NCBI GenBank assembly: GCA_017613275.1
Contig: JAGAED010000003.1
Coordinates: forward strand, 1,501 to 65,500
Direction of reading: 5' to 3'
DNA length: 64,000 nucleotides
From: Clostridia bacterium
GTDB lineage: Bacteria; Bacillota; Clostridia; TANB77; CAG-508
Position 1 is the stretch's first letter, and each line of letters starts with the position of its first letter. Positions 29,667 to 39,291 of this stretch are shown one piece after another. The translations under genes and the position numbers were made by a program. Under the pieces are notes generated by a model, which ran no database searches, was not told the origin of the DNA, and saw nothing but the letters and a program-made list of their open reading frames with translations.

Positions 29667-29743
29667 AAGTGGACTGCACGATGATAACATAATTGTATAA
29701 TAGCGCGGGCGAGGCCAGTGGATCGCCTGTGCGTGGCTTATAA

Positions 29744-29779
29744 CAAATAAAATCTCAGATTTTTCTGAGATTTTATTTG
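29744..29779 (+). terminator. rho-independent terminator
   Basis: Perfect 16-bp stem CAAATAAAATCTCAGA/TCTGAGATTTTATTTG with a TTTT loop. Confidence 0.75.
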
Positions 29780-29830
29780 TTTATTCTTGACTAAATTATC
29801 AAAACATGGTATAACTATATAGTATTAACT

Positions 29831-29905
29831 GGCCCCTTGGTCAAGCGGTTAAGACGCCACCCTCTCAAGGTGGAATCATGGGTTCGATTCCCGTAGGGGT
29901 CACCA
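29831..29905 (+). tRNA. tRNA-Glu (anticodon CTC)
   Basis: Starts GGCCCCTTGGTCAAGCGGTTAAGAC. Anticodon loop CTCTCAA, encoded CCA. Confidence 0.85.
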
Positions 29906-29914
29906 ACTTTATAT

Positions 29915-30046
29915 AAAAGGGAGTAGCTTTTAGTTACTAATCAACAATCGCGATGTGAATAACATCTGGTTAGTAAAGCTATAAAATAGTTAAGCGAGAC
30001 TTTTAAAATGAAACTATATTATAGTTTTATTTTGAAAGTCTTTTTG
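29915..30046 (+). promoter_or_regulatory. yybP-ykoY (Mn2+) riboswitch with a terminator expression platform
   Basis: AAAAGGGAGUAGC at the 5' end and GUUAAGCGAGACUUUU at the 3' end. The four-helix layout is comparable to the L. lactis riboswitch as I recall it. A 22-bp terminator (29997-30041 plus a U-run) shares AGACUUUU with the 3' strand of P1. Confidence 0.7.
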
Positions 30047-30093
30047 TATAAAAAAGACTTAAGGAAAATATAAATTTAAAGGGAGGAAAATTA

Positions 30094-32811
30094 ATGGAAA
30101 ACTGGTTCAACAAAGAAATCAAAGACGTAGAAAACATCTTACAAACAGATGTAGAAAAAGGTTTAACTTCTGAAGAAGTTGCAAAAAGAAGAGAAAAATA
30201 TGGATTAAATCAGCTAGAAGCGGCAAAGAAAAAAACACTATTACAGAGATTTTTAGACCAATTTAAAGACTTCTCAATAATAGTATTGATAATAGCTGCA
30301 ATAGTATCTGGAGTAGTTGGAGTAGCTAATGGAGAAGGAATTACAGATACAATAATCATCTTAATAGTTGTACTTGTAAATGCAATAATTGGTGTATCTC
30401 AAGAAAGTAAGGCAGAAAAATCTTTAGAGGCTTTACAAAAACTTACAGACCATGCTTCAAAAGTTATAAGAAATGGCGAAATAACTGTAGTACCTGCAAA
30501 AGAACTAGTTCCAGGAGATATAGTTGTTTTAGACACAGGTGACTATATACCAGCAGATTTAAGAATTATAGAAGCTATAAATTTAAAAGCCCAAGAAGCT
30601 TCACTTACAGGAGAATCACTTCCAGTTGAAAAAGAAATTGGAAAAATAGATGATCCAGAAACAGGAATTGGCGATAGAATAAACATGGCATTTTCATCTA
30701 GCTTAGTAACTTATGGTAGAGGAAAAGGAATAGTAGTAGAAACAGGAATGACAACTGAAGTTGGTAAAATAGCAGGAATGATAAATTCAACAGAAAAACA
30801 AGAAACACCACTTCAAACAAAATTGAATAAATTAGGAAAAACACTTGGAATTGCAGCATTAGCAATATGTGCATTCATCTTCTTAGTTGGTTTAATACAA
30901 GGAAAAGAAGCAATACACATGTTTATGACAGCTGTAAGCTTAGCAGTTGCAGCAATACCAGAAGGATTAGTTGCGGTATCTACAATAGTTTTAGCAATAG
31001 GAGTTCAAAAAATGGTTAAGAAAAATGCCATTGTAAAAAGACTTCCAGCGGTTGAAACTCTTGGTAGTGCAACAGTTATATGTTCAGATAAAACAGGAAC
31101 ATTAACACAAAACAAAATGACAGTTGAAAAAATCTTTTGGAACAACAATCTAAGAGATTTAACAGATATAAAAGAAAACGAAATAGATGCAGAATTAAAT
31201 AAACTTGTATATGCAAACATGCTTTGTAATGATACAAAAGTATCAAACGATGGAACATTAACAGGTGATCCAACTGAAACAGCATTAGTAGACATGGCTT
31301 TCAAACTTGACTTTGACCCAACAATTTATGATAGGACACCACGTTTAGAAGAAGTTCCATTTGATTCAGACAGAAAATTAATGACAACAGTAAATGAAGT
31401 TAATGGAAAATACATAGTTTACACAAAAGGTGGAATTGATGAGTTATTAAACAGATGTGTAGCTTATGAAGTAAATGGTGAAATAAAAAATGATTTAGCA
31501 TCATATTCAAACACAATCAAACAAGAAAACGAAGGAATGGCAAAAGAAGCTCTAAGAGTTTTAGGATGTGCTTATAAAGAAATAGACCATGTACCAAACA
31601 AACAAGAAATGGAAGAAATTGAAAAAGACTTGATTTTCATTGGTATGGTTGGAATGATAGATCCACCAAGAGAAGAAGCAAAACATGCAGTTGATAAATG
31701 TAAAACAGCTGGAATAAAAACAGTAATGATTACAGGAGACCATAAAATTACTGCAACAGCAATAGCTAAAAAACTTGGAATTCTAGAAAATGAAGATGAA
31801 GCTATAACAGGCCTAGAGCTTGAAAAAATGAGCGATGAAGAACTAGAAAAAAATGTAAGAAAATATTCAGTTTATGCAAGAGTTTCTCCAGAACATAAAG
31901 TAAGAATAGTAAAAGCATGGCAAAAACAAGGCGAAATAGTTGCTATGACAGGTGATGGAGTAAACGATAGCCCTGCGCTAAAAACATCAGATATTGGTTG
32001 TGCAATGGGAATAGTTGGTACAGATGTTGCTAAAGAAGCAGCAGATGTAATCTTAACAGATGATAACTTTGCAACAATAGTTTCAGCAGTTGAAGAAGGA
32101 AGAAGAATATATGACAATATTTTAAAAGTAATTCAATTCTTACTTTCAAGCAATGTTGGAGAAATAATAGTATTATTCTTAGCAACAATGCTAACACCAC
32201 TATTTGCAAGCTGGTTTGGAATAACAGATGTAAATAATTTAGAAATATTATTACCAATACACATCTTATGGATAAACTTAGTAACAGACTCACTTCCAGC
32301 TTTAGCATTAGCATTTGACCCTGCAGACAAAGACATAATGAAACGTAAACCTGCAAAACCAGGTAAAGGCGTATTTACAAGAGGAATGTCTTGGAGAATA
32401 ATATACCAAGGAATGATGATTGGTTTATTAACTTTAGCAGCATTTATGATTGGATTAGCAACAACAACAGAACCAATAAATGGTTTAACATTAGATGCAT
32501 CAAAAATAGAAGTTGGTCAAACAATGGCATTCATAACACTAGCATTATCTGAACTTGTTCATGTATTTAACATTAGAAATAATAAAAAATCAATATTTAG
32601 AACAAGTATATTCAACAATCCAAAACTAATATTAGCAATAATAGCATCAGCAGCCTTAATGTTTGTAATACTATTAGTAGAGCCATTAAGAAACATATTC
32701 AGTATACCAGTATTACCATCACAAAACATATTAGAATTAGTTGGATTAGTATTTGCACCAATTGTAATAGTCGAAATATTTAAATTATTTAGAATAAATG
32801 GAAAAGATTAA
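30094..32811 (+). CDS. P2-type cation-transporting ATPase (Ca2+/Mn2+ family)
   Basis: 905 aa with CSDKTGTLT, IPEGL, TGDGVNDSPALK and 10 TM helices. Confidence 0.9.
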   Translation: MENWFNKEIKDVENILQTDVEKGLTSEEVAKRREKYGLNQLEAAKKKTLLQRFLDQFKDFSIIVLIIAAIVSGVVGVANGEGITDTIIILIVVLVNAIIGVSQESKAEKSLEALQKLTDHASKVIRNGEITVVPAKELVPGDIVVLDTGDYIPADLRIIEAINLKAQEASLTGESLPVEKEIGKIDDPETGIGDRINMAFSSSLVTYGRGKGIVVETGMTTEVGKIAGMINSTEKQETPLQTKLNKLGKTLGIAALAICAFIFLVGLIQGKEAIHMFMTAVSLAVAAIPEGLVAVSTIVLAIGVQKMVKKNAIVKRLPAVETLGSATVICSDKTGTLTQNKMTVEKIFWNNNLRDLTDIKENEIDAELNKLVYANMLCNDTKVSNDGTLTGDPTETALVDMAFKLDFDPTIYDRTPRLEEVPFDSDRKLMTTVNEVNGKYIVYTKGGIDELLNRCVAYEVNGEIKNDLASYSNTIKQENEGMAKEALRVLGCAYKEIDHVPNKQEMEEIEKDLIFIGMVGMIDPPREEAKHAVDKCKTAGIKTVMITGDHKITATAIAKKLGILENEDEAITGLELEKMSDEELEKNVRKYSVYARVSPEHKVRIVKAWQKQGEIVAMTGDGVNDSPALKTSDIGCAMGIVGTDVAKEAADVILTDDNFATIVSAVEEGRRIYDNILKVIQFLLSSNVGEIIVLFLATMLTPLFASWFGITDVNNLEILLPIHILWINLVTDSLPALALAFDPADKDIMKRKPAKPGKGVFTRGMSWRIIYQGMMIGLLTLAAFMIGLATTTEPINGLTLDASKIEVGQTMAFITLALSELVHVFNIRNNKKSIFRTSIFNNPKLILAIIASAALMFVILLVEPLRNIFSIPVLPSQNILELVGLVFAPIVIVEIFKLFRINGKD

Positions 32812-32814
32812 AAT

Positions 32815-32887
32815 CTTTTTAGAACACTTAGAAAACAAGGTTTGAATTAGCTAGACCTTGTTTTTTAAGAGTGTCCCAAAAAGTTTG
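32815..32887. repeat. inverted pair of GGGACAC-repeat units (one degenerate)
   Basis: CTTTTTAGAACACTTAGAAAACAAGGT, a 12-nt spacer, then ACCTTGTTTTTTAAGAGTGTCCCAAAAAG. Confidence 0.8.
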
Positions 32888-32955
32888 ATTTTTTTAAAAA
32901 TTCTATATAATTTTTAAGAAAAATGTAGTATAATGTCTTTGAAAGTAAAAAGAGG

Positions 32956-33945
32956 ATGATGAAGATGAGAAAGAATTACAATATGTATGACTTTACATAT
33001 TATAACCCAGAAGTTTATAATTCTAAAACTAATAAAATAAAAAATATTTTAATAATAATTATAATAATTCTAACTTTAGTAGCTCTAATTGTTTATCAAA
33101 TCTTTTTCAGAAAAGATAAAAAAATGACACCAGTAAGTAGTGTTATCACACAAGAAATAGAAGAACAAAAACAATTACAAGAAGAGGAAAAGGCAGAAAG
33201 AGAAAGACTAGAGAAAGAAAGATTAGAACAAGAAAGGCTAAAAAAAGAAGAGGAAAAAAGATTAGCAAGAGAAGCAAAACTTCCCAAACTAACAGAGGTA
33301 GGAATTCAAAATTTAGATAATATATATAATTCGGAGGAAAAGAGGGTATTTTTAACTTTTGATGATGGCCCATCACCAGTTACAAACCAAATTTTAGATA
33401 CACTAAGAGCAAATAACATAAAAGCAACATTTTTTGTTTTAGGGACAAGCGTACAAAACTTCCCAGAAACAACAAAAAAGATATATGACGAAGGACATTT
33501 TATAGCAAATCATGGCTATTCACATGTTTATTCATCAATTTATTCGTCAAAAGAAGCAGTTTTAGATGAATACAATAGATGTAATGATGTTATAAAACAA
33601 GCATTGGGAGAACCAGAGTATAATTCACATTTATTTAGATTTCCAGGCGGTTTACCAGGCGGAAAATATGAAAATCTAAAACAAGAAGCTAAACAATTAT
33701 TAAACGAAAATGGAATTGTGAATATAGATTGGAATGCATTATCAGGAGATGCAGAAAAACAAAATGCAACACCAGAATATTTAATGGGAAGAATAAAAGA
33801 AACATCAGAAGGAAAAAACAGCATAGTTGTCTTAATGCATGATGCTGCTGCTAAAAAAACAACAGCCGATACCTTACAGGAGATAATAAATTATTATAAA
33901 GAACAAGGCTATGCATTTAAATCTTTTTATGACATTATTAAATAA
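32956..33945 (+). CDS. polysaccharide deacetylase (NodB family), membrane-anchored
   Basis: TM helix, K/E coiled coil, FLTFDDGPSP and ANHGYSH. Confidence 0.85.
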   Translation: MMKMRKNYNMYDFTYYNPEVYNSKTNKIKNILIIIIIILTLVALIVYQIFFRKDKKMTPVSSVITQEIEEQKQLQEEEKAERERLEKERLEQERLKKEEEKRLAREAKLPKLTEVGIQNLDNIYNSEEKRVFLTFDDGPSPVTNQILDTLRANNIKATFFVLGTSVQNFPETTKKIYDEGHFIANHGYSHVYSSIYSSKEAVLDEYNRCNDVIKQALGEPEYNSHLFRFPGGLPGGKYENLKQEAKQLLNENGIVNIDWNALSGDAEKQNATPEYLMGRIKETSEGKNSIVVLMHDAAAKKTTADTLQEIINYYKEQGYAFKSFYDIIK

Positions 33946-34007
33946 TGCTTGTGTTTAGCACACTTTTTATGATATTATATAAACAACCAAAAGAGAGGAG
34001 AACCGAA

Positions 34008-36305
34008 ATGCCTAGTACAAAAAAAGATGATGAAATATTAAAAAAATTAGAATATTTAGGGCTTAATTTAACTAGACCACCAAAGGCATTAAAAGATTTT
34101 CAAGACTTAGAATATAAAGTGCCAAAATTTTATGATGAAAGCCAATACAAACAATATAGATATATAAAAGTAAAAGATATTCAAATAATGTTAACACCTG
34201 CAAATAGATTAGATGAGCTAGAAGAAAAATTTCAAAAAGCATCACCACTTGCAGATTACCTAGATAGCAAAAATGAAGAAAACTTTTTAAAATATACAAC
34301 ATTTTTGAATATGTTAAAAAATGTGAAAATAGAAAAGATAGAAGAAATTGAAAAAGAACAAGAAAAGCTTGCAAAAAATATACCATTTAAAGTCAAATTT
34401 GATTCAAACTATATGTGGCAAATTTACTACTCAAAAAACACAGACAAATACTTTATGCTTGTTCCAACTGAAGATTCAGAATATGAGGCATTTTTCTATT
34501 TATTAAAAAAGAAGTTAGAAAATAAAAGAACAAGTACAATATTCGTTCCAATAAGTGGAGTAGAATATACAACAGAATACTTAAAAAGGTCAGAATATCA
34601 AAATATTGAAAATTATATGTGGTTATTTACTAAAAATTGGCCATTAGTTTACGAAGTATATGATAAAGACGGAAACCTTAGTATTGAAATAGTTGGACAA
34701 ACTTATGTATATGAAAAAATACAAAGTTGGTACAAAATAAAGCTAGATAGTAAAGAACGTGCAGCAAGTTTTTATAAATTATTAAAAGCCATGTTTATAC
34801 TTCAAACAGAATTACCAAATTATTTCGCATTTAAAACAAAAATAAATGCAGTTGGAGAAATAGACTTTTACCAAGAAGGTAAAAAATTTGAATATGAAGA
34901 TATACCAAAATGGTTAAACCAAGAATATGATTTGTGCAATCAAAATATAGAAAAAAATAATCAACTAATTGAAGAAAATGAAAACAAACTATACAAATTA
35001 AAATCAGAATCTGTAATGATGGAAATGGAATACTTGGAAAAGGAAAAACAGATTTCTACATTCTTAGAGTGCAAAAAAACATTTTTTGGTAAAGTTAAAT
35101 ACTTCTTTAAATTTAGCAAAGGCAAAAAAACTAAAACAAAAGAAATGCCAAAAGAGGAAGAGATAGAAGAAGTTGAAGAAGAAAAAATAGATTTAAGTGC
35201 AGAAACAATAAGAGTTCCAGTAATAAAAGATAATTACAACATAGAAGAATTAATACAAAATTATAAGGAATTAGAATCAAAAGAAAACAAACTAAAAAAT
35301 CTAAAAATGGATATAAATGCATTAAAACTAAAAAATAAGAATCTAAGCAAAAAAATAGAAAATGCTAGTATTTTCATAAAAGAAATAGATAGTCATAAAA
35401 AAAGTATATTTGAATTCTGGAAATATAGCAACAAAGATGCTGTAGAAGCACTTCCAGAAGGCGAACAAGAAGAAATAAATGTAGTAAAGAAAATTGAAAA
35501 AATATTTGATTATGAAGATGACTTAGAAGAATTCGGCAAAAAGTATGACAAAATATTAAGAAACAAGTTGTCAGAGGAAGAAACAGATGCTGTATTTATT
35601 ACCAATACTAATATAATAGATGTTTTAAACAAAATAAAAATGAATGAACTTTTACCAAAAGACTTAGACAACAATCTAAAACAACTAAAGAAGGAAGCTT
35701 CAGAAGAAAGTACATTGCTTGAAAATGAAGACTTTGACATATTTGGTGGTTCAGAGGATAGCACAAAAGTAAGCAAAATAAAAAATAAAAAACACAGAGA
35801 AATAGCCAAAGATAAATATAAAATATTAGAAATAAGCAAAAATACAAAACAAATTGGTTACAAATTAGTATTAGAACAAATAATAAACAAGATAAAATCT
35901 TCATTAGAAAAAGTTCAAATTGAAGAAGAATTACCAGTATACAAATTGGTTACAGAAGAAGATTTTAATTCTAATGGCATAAATGTTTATAATATTAATC
36001 CAGTAGATGAAGTTCAAAAAAACATAAATATAAAAGAAGATAGTATAAACTTATTTAAATTAAACATCAAGAAGAAAACAGAAGGAATACCATTTACAAA
36101 CATAATCTTTTATGACAATCAAAACAAAACATTACCAATTGGAATGGATTTATCTTCTAGAATTCTTTTGAATATTAGGCCAGATGACTTTAAAAATGAA
36201 AAGAACTATAAATTCAATGTGATAAATTTTGAAAATGAAGAAGACGAATTTACTAAATCTAAAGTAAAAACAATTAATGTCTTTGAATATGACATTGATC
36301 AATAA
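34008..36305 (+). CDS. hypothetical large coiled-coil protein
   Basis: The ORF is open from 33945, but the AGAGGAG RBS favours the ATG at 34008 (MPSTKKDDE). No catalytic motif recognised. Confidence 0.6.
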   Translation: MPSTKKDDEILKKLEYLGLNLTRPPKALKDFQDLEYKVPKFYDESQYKQYRYIKVKDIQIMLTPANRLDELEEKFQKASPLADYLDSKNEENFLKYTTFLNMLKNVKIEKIEEIEKEQEKLAKNIPFKVKFDSNYMWQIYYSKNTDKYFMLVPTEDSEYEAFFYLLKKKLENKRTSTIFVPISGVEYTTEYLKRSEYQNIENYMWLFTKNWPLVYEVYDKDGNLSIEIVGQTYVYEKIQSWYKIKLDSKERAASFYKLLKAMFILQTELPNYFAFKTKINAVGEIDFYQEGKKFEYEDIPKWLNQEYDLCNQNIEKNNQLIEENENKLYKLKSESVMMEMEYLEKEKQISTFLECKKTFFGKVKYFFKFSKGKKTKTKEMPKEEEIEEVEEEKIDLSAETIRVPVIKDNYNIEELIQNYKELESKENKLKNLKMDINALKLKNKNLSKKIENASIFIKEIDSHKKSIFEFWKYSNKDAVEALPEGEQEEINVVKKIEKIFDYEDDLEEFGKKYDKILRNKLSEEETDAVFITNTNIIDVLNKIKMNELLPKDLDNNLKQLKKEASEESTLLENEDFDIFGGSEDSTKVSKIKNKKHREIAKDKYKILEISKNTKQIGYKLVLEQIINKIKSSLEKVQIEEELPVYKLVTEEDFNSNGINVYNINPVDEVQKNINIKEDSINLFKLNIKKKTEGIPFTNIIFYDNQNKTLPIGMDLSSRILLNIRPDDFKNEKNYKFNVINFENEEDEFTKSKVKTINVFEYDIDQ

Positions 36306-36316
36306 AATCCTAAAGC

Positions 36317-37285
36317 CTAGTGCTTTAGGATTTTTTCTAATATTTGAACAGCATTACTTGCAGCGCCTTTTCTTAAATTATCAGCAACGCACCAAAAATT
36401 TAAGCCATATTTAACACTAAAATCTCTTCTTAATCTACCAACAAAAACTTCGTCATTTCCATCAGCTTTGCGAGCTAAAGGATAAATGCCATTTTCTACA
36501 TCATCAGCTAAAATAATATTTTCACCATTTTGCAATAGTGTTTTAATTTCATAAATATCAATTTCGTTTTCGAACTCGACATTTATAGATTCACTATGAC
36601 AATTTTTTACAGGAACTCTTACACACGTTGCGGTTATTGGGAGATTTGGTTTATTTAAAATCTTTCTAGTTTCATTTATCATTTTATGTTCTTCTTTGGT
36701 GTATCCGTCATCCAAGAATACATCAATATGAGGGACACAATTGTTATAAAATAAACCATCTTCGCCATTTTCCAAATCTTCTAAACCTTTTTTTCCGGCT
36801 CCTGAAACAGCTTGGTATGTAGAATATACAATTCTCTTGATTTTATATTTATTATCTAATAGTTTTAGGGGGAGCATTGCTTGAATTGTTGAGCAATTAG
36901 GATTAGCAATAATTCCATTGTTCTCAAATATTTTTTCTGGATTGACTTCTGGAACAACAAGTGGAACATTTTCATCCATTCTAAATGCACTACTATTATC
37001 AATTACAATACATCCTTTAGAAGCGGCAATTGGCGCATATTTAAGAGAAGTAGAAGCACCAGCAGAAAAAATAGCATAATCAAAACCAGAATCAAAAGAA
37101 TCTTCTTTAAGCTCACAAACAATATACTTTTGACCTAAAAATTCAATTTTTGTTCCGGCAGATTTATTTGATGCAAATAATGTATATTGAATGTTTGGAA
37201 AATTTTTCTCTTCCAAAATTTTTAAAATGGTTCTGCCAACCAATCCTGTTGCTCCAACAATTGCAACTTTATAAATTTTATTCAT
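36317..37285 (-). CDS. asd: aspartate-semialdehyde dehydrogenase
   Basis: VAIVGATGLVG and the active site NPNCSTI. Confidence 0.9.
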   Translation of the reverse strand: MNKIYKVAIVGATGLVGRTILKILEEKNFPNIQYTLFASNKSAGTKIEFLGQKYIVCELKEDSFDSGFDYAIFSAGASTSLKYAPIAASKGCIVIDNSSAFRMDENVPLVVPEVNPEKIFENNGIIANPNCSTIQAMLPLKLLDNKYKIKRIVYSTYQAVSGAGKKGLEDLENGEDGLFYNNCVPHIDVFLDDGYTKEEHKMINETRKILNKPNLPITATCVRVPVKNCHSESINVEFENEIDIYEIKTLLQNGENIILADDVENGIYPLARKADGNDEVFVGRLRRDFSVKYGLNFWCVADNLRKGAASNAVQILEKILKH

Positions 37286-37394
37286 TTAAATCACCCTTTC
37301 ATTTTTTAATTGTATGCATTAGATTCGAAAATATTATTGTTTTCAACATGTAATAATTTTAAAGAAAGTGTGCAAAATAAAAATGGTGATTTAT

Positions 37395-38105
37395 ATGAAA
37401 TATAGAAGTTGGATAATAGTTTTAGTTATAATAGGAATTGCACTGGGAATTGGTGCATATTTTATTGTATATAATGTCGGAAGTAAGAAAAATGAGCAGG
37501 GAAATTATGAGGCAAAAAGAACAGAGGCGAATGTAAACAATATAGAGGAACGCGCAAAACAGGAGGAAAGTAAGGCAGAAGAAAACAAAACTGCGGAAAA
37601 AGAACAAACAGAACAACAAGAAAATCTACAGCCACAACTAGTTGAAACTGAAATAGCATCATTTACAACAAAAATAGTAACAAAAGATGCAAGCAGGCAA
37701 AAAAATATTGGAATTACATGTAATACATTAAATGGAACAATAATAGAGGCAGGCGCAACATTTTCATTTTGTAATACAGTAGGACAAGCAACTACGGCAA
37801 AAGGTTACGAAAAAGCAGATATATTTGATGCAAATGGAAAAAAGAAAAAAGGACTTGGTGGAGGAAATTGTCAAATTAGTTCTACTTTATATAATGCAGT
37901 TTTATCAGTTCCATCTTTAAAAGTAGTAGAAAGACATCCACATAGTAACAAGGTACCTTATGTTGCAACAGGAAAAGATGCAGCAGTAGCATATGGAAGT
38001 TATGACTTTAAATTTCAAAACAATACAGGCTACAAAATAAAAATTTTGGCATCAACAAGCGGGGCAGAAGTTACCACGAAAATAATAACTTTGAAAAACG
38101 GCTAA
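37395..38105 (+). CDS. VanW family protein
   Basis: TM helix and GGGNCQISSTLYNAVL. The start is uncertain (37368, 37383 or 37395). Confidence 0.75.
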   Translation: MKYRSWIIVLVIIGIALGIGAYFIVYNVGSKKNEQGNYEAKRTEANVNNIEERAKQEESKAEENKTAEKEQTEQQENLQPQLVETEIASFTTKIVTKDASRQKNIGITCNTLNGTIIEAGATFSFCNTVGQATTAKGYEKADIFDANGKKKKGLGGGNCQISSTLYNAVLSVPSLKVVERHPHSNKVPYVATGKDAAVAYGSYDFKFQNNTGYKIKILASTSGAEVTTKIITLKNG

Positions 38106-38248
38106 TTACCTATTAAATTAGCCGTATATTGTTGACAATTAAAACATTTGCAGGTATAATAGATATGTACAAATTTGACATTACATATCTATTTTAAATT
38201 TGCACTCTTTAATGAAATAGATTTGTAATAAAAAAGGAGAGAGTTATT

Positions 38249-38470
38249 ATGCTTTCAAAATATTGGAAAAAAATAGGAATGGTTATAGTAATAGTTGCTT
38301 GTGTTTTCAATGTGATGATAAAACTTATCAATAAATTGTCAATGGATAATGAAATGGTTTCATCAGCACAATATGTTCAAGATAATACAAATGAACAGCA
38401 AAAAGATGAAAACAAAAATCAAGAAACTCAAAATACACAAAGTAAAAAAATACAAAAAAATGAAAAATAA
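38249..38470 (+). CDS. hypothetical small membrane protein
   Basis: 73 aa with one TM helix. A consensus TTGACA-17-TATAAT promoter lies upstream. Confidence 0.5.
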   Translation: MLSKYWKKIGMVIVIVACVFNVMIKLINKLSMDNEMVSSAQYVQDNTNEQQKDENKNQETQNTQSKKIQKNEK

Positions 38471-38554
38471 GCAAATAACACTTGAAAAAATTAAAAATAT
38501 ATGTTATTATAAGGAATAGTCAAGTTATTAAATCGGAGAAAGAGGTGAACTTAG

Positions 38555-38752
38555 ATGAAAGAAGGAATACATCCAAACTATGAAACAACAACAATTACAT
38601 GCGCTTGTGGAAACGTATTAGAAGTTGGTTCAACAAAAAAAGATATAAAAGTAGACGTATGCTCAAAATGCCATCCATATTGGACAGGTAACCTAAGACA
38701 AGATAAAGTTGGAGGAAGAGCAGAAAAATTCAAACAAAAATATGGATTATAA
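38555..38752 (+). CDS. rpmE: 50S ribosomal protein L31 (Zn-ribbon type A)
   Basis: MKEGIHPNY and CxC...CxxC. Confidence 0.95.
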   Translation: MKEGIHPNYETTTITCACGNVLEVGSTKKDIKVDVCSKCHPYWTGNLRQDKVGGRAEKFKQKYGL

Positions 38753-38848
38753 TATTTATTATAATAAAACCTTATACTTAGCTTTAATGCTAAACACCTA
38801 GGCAAAGGCTCAGTTTAAGGAGAAAAAAGAAAATAGGAGGTGTAAATA

Positions 38849-39112
38849 ATGATTAAAGAAAGAAAACAAGAAATCATTAATACATATAAAAGAGAAGAAA
38901 ACGATACTGGTTCTCCAGAAGTTCAAATCGCTCTTTTAACAGAAAGAATTAATGAATTAACAGAACACTTAAAAGTTCACAAAAAAGATAATCACTCTAG
39001 AAGAGGTCTTTTAAAAATGGTTGGTAAAAGAAGAAATCTTTTAAACTACCTATCAAGAAAAGACTTACAAAGATATAGAGACATAGTAGAAAAATTAGGA
39101 TTAAGAAAATAA
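38849..39112 (+). CDS. rpsO: 30S ribosomal protein S15
   Basis: [35 protein letters not shown]. Confidence 0.95.
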   Translation: MIKERKQEIINTYKREENDTGSPEVQIALLTERINELTEHLKVHKKDNHSRRGLLKMVGKRRNLLNYLSRKDLQRYRDIVEKLGLRK

Positions 39113-39120
39113 TTTTTTAC

Positions 39121-39152
39121 AAAAGCCTGTGCTTTTTAGGCACAGGCTTTTT
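39121..39152 (+). terminator. rpsO terminator/attenuator
   Basis: AAAAGCCTGTGC/GCACAGGCTTTTT. Confidence 0.8.
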
Positions 39153-39291
39153 ACTAAAAATTAATAAGCTTAAATATTAGGTAAGTAGCTTGTATAATGT
39201 TTTAATGAAAGTTAAGATATTATAGAGGTTACAATCTAATTTTTAAGCGGAAAAATTAGGTGTATAATAAATAATAAAGGAGAATGAAATT

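Noticed and set aside
29511-29779. Calling a complete diversity-generating retroelement.
   Set aside because: No reverse transcriptase ORF (no YxDD-type motif seen in any track ORF), no accessory gene and no template repeat are visible in this window. I report only a VR-like signature.
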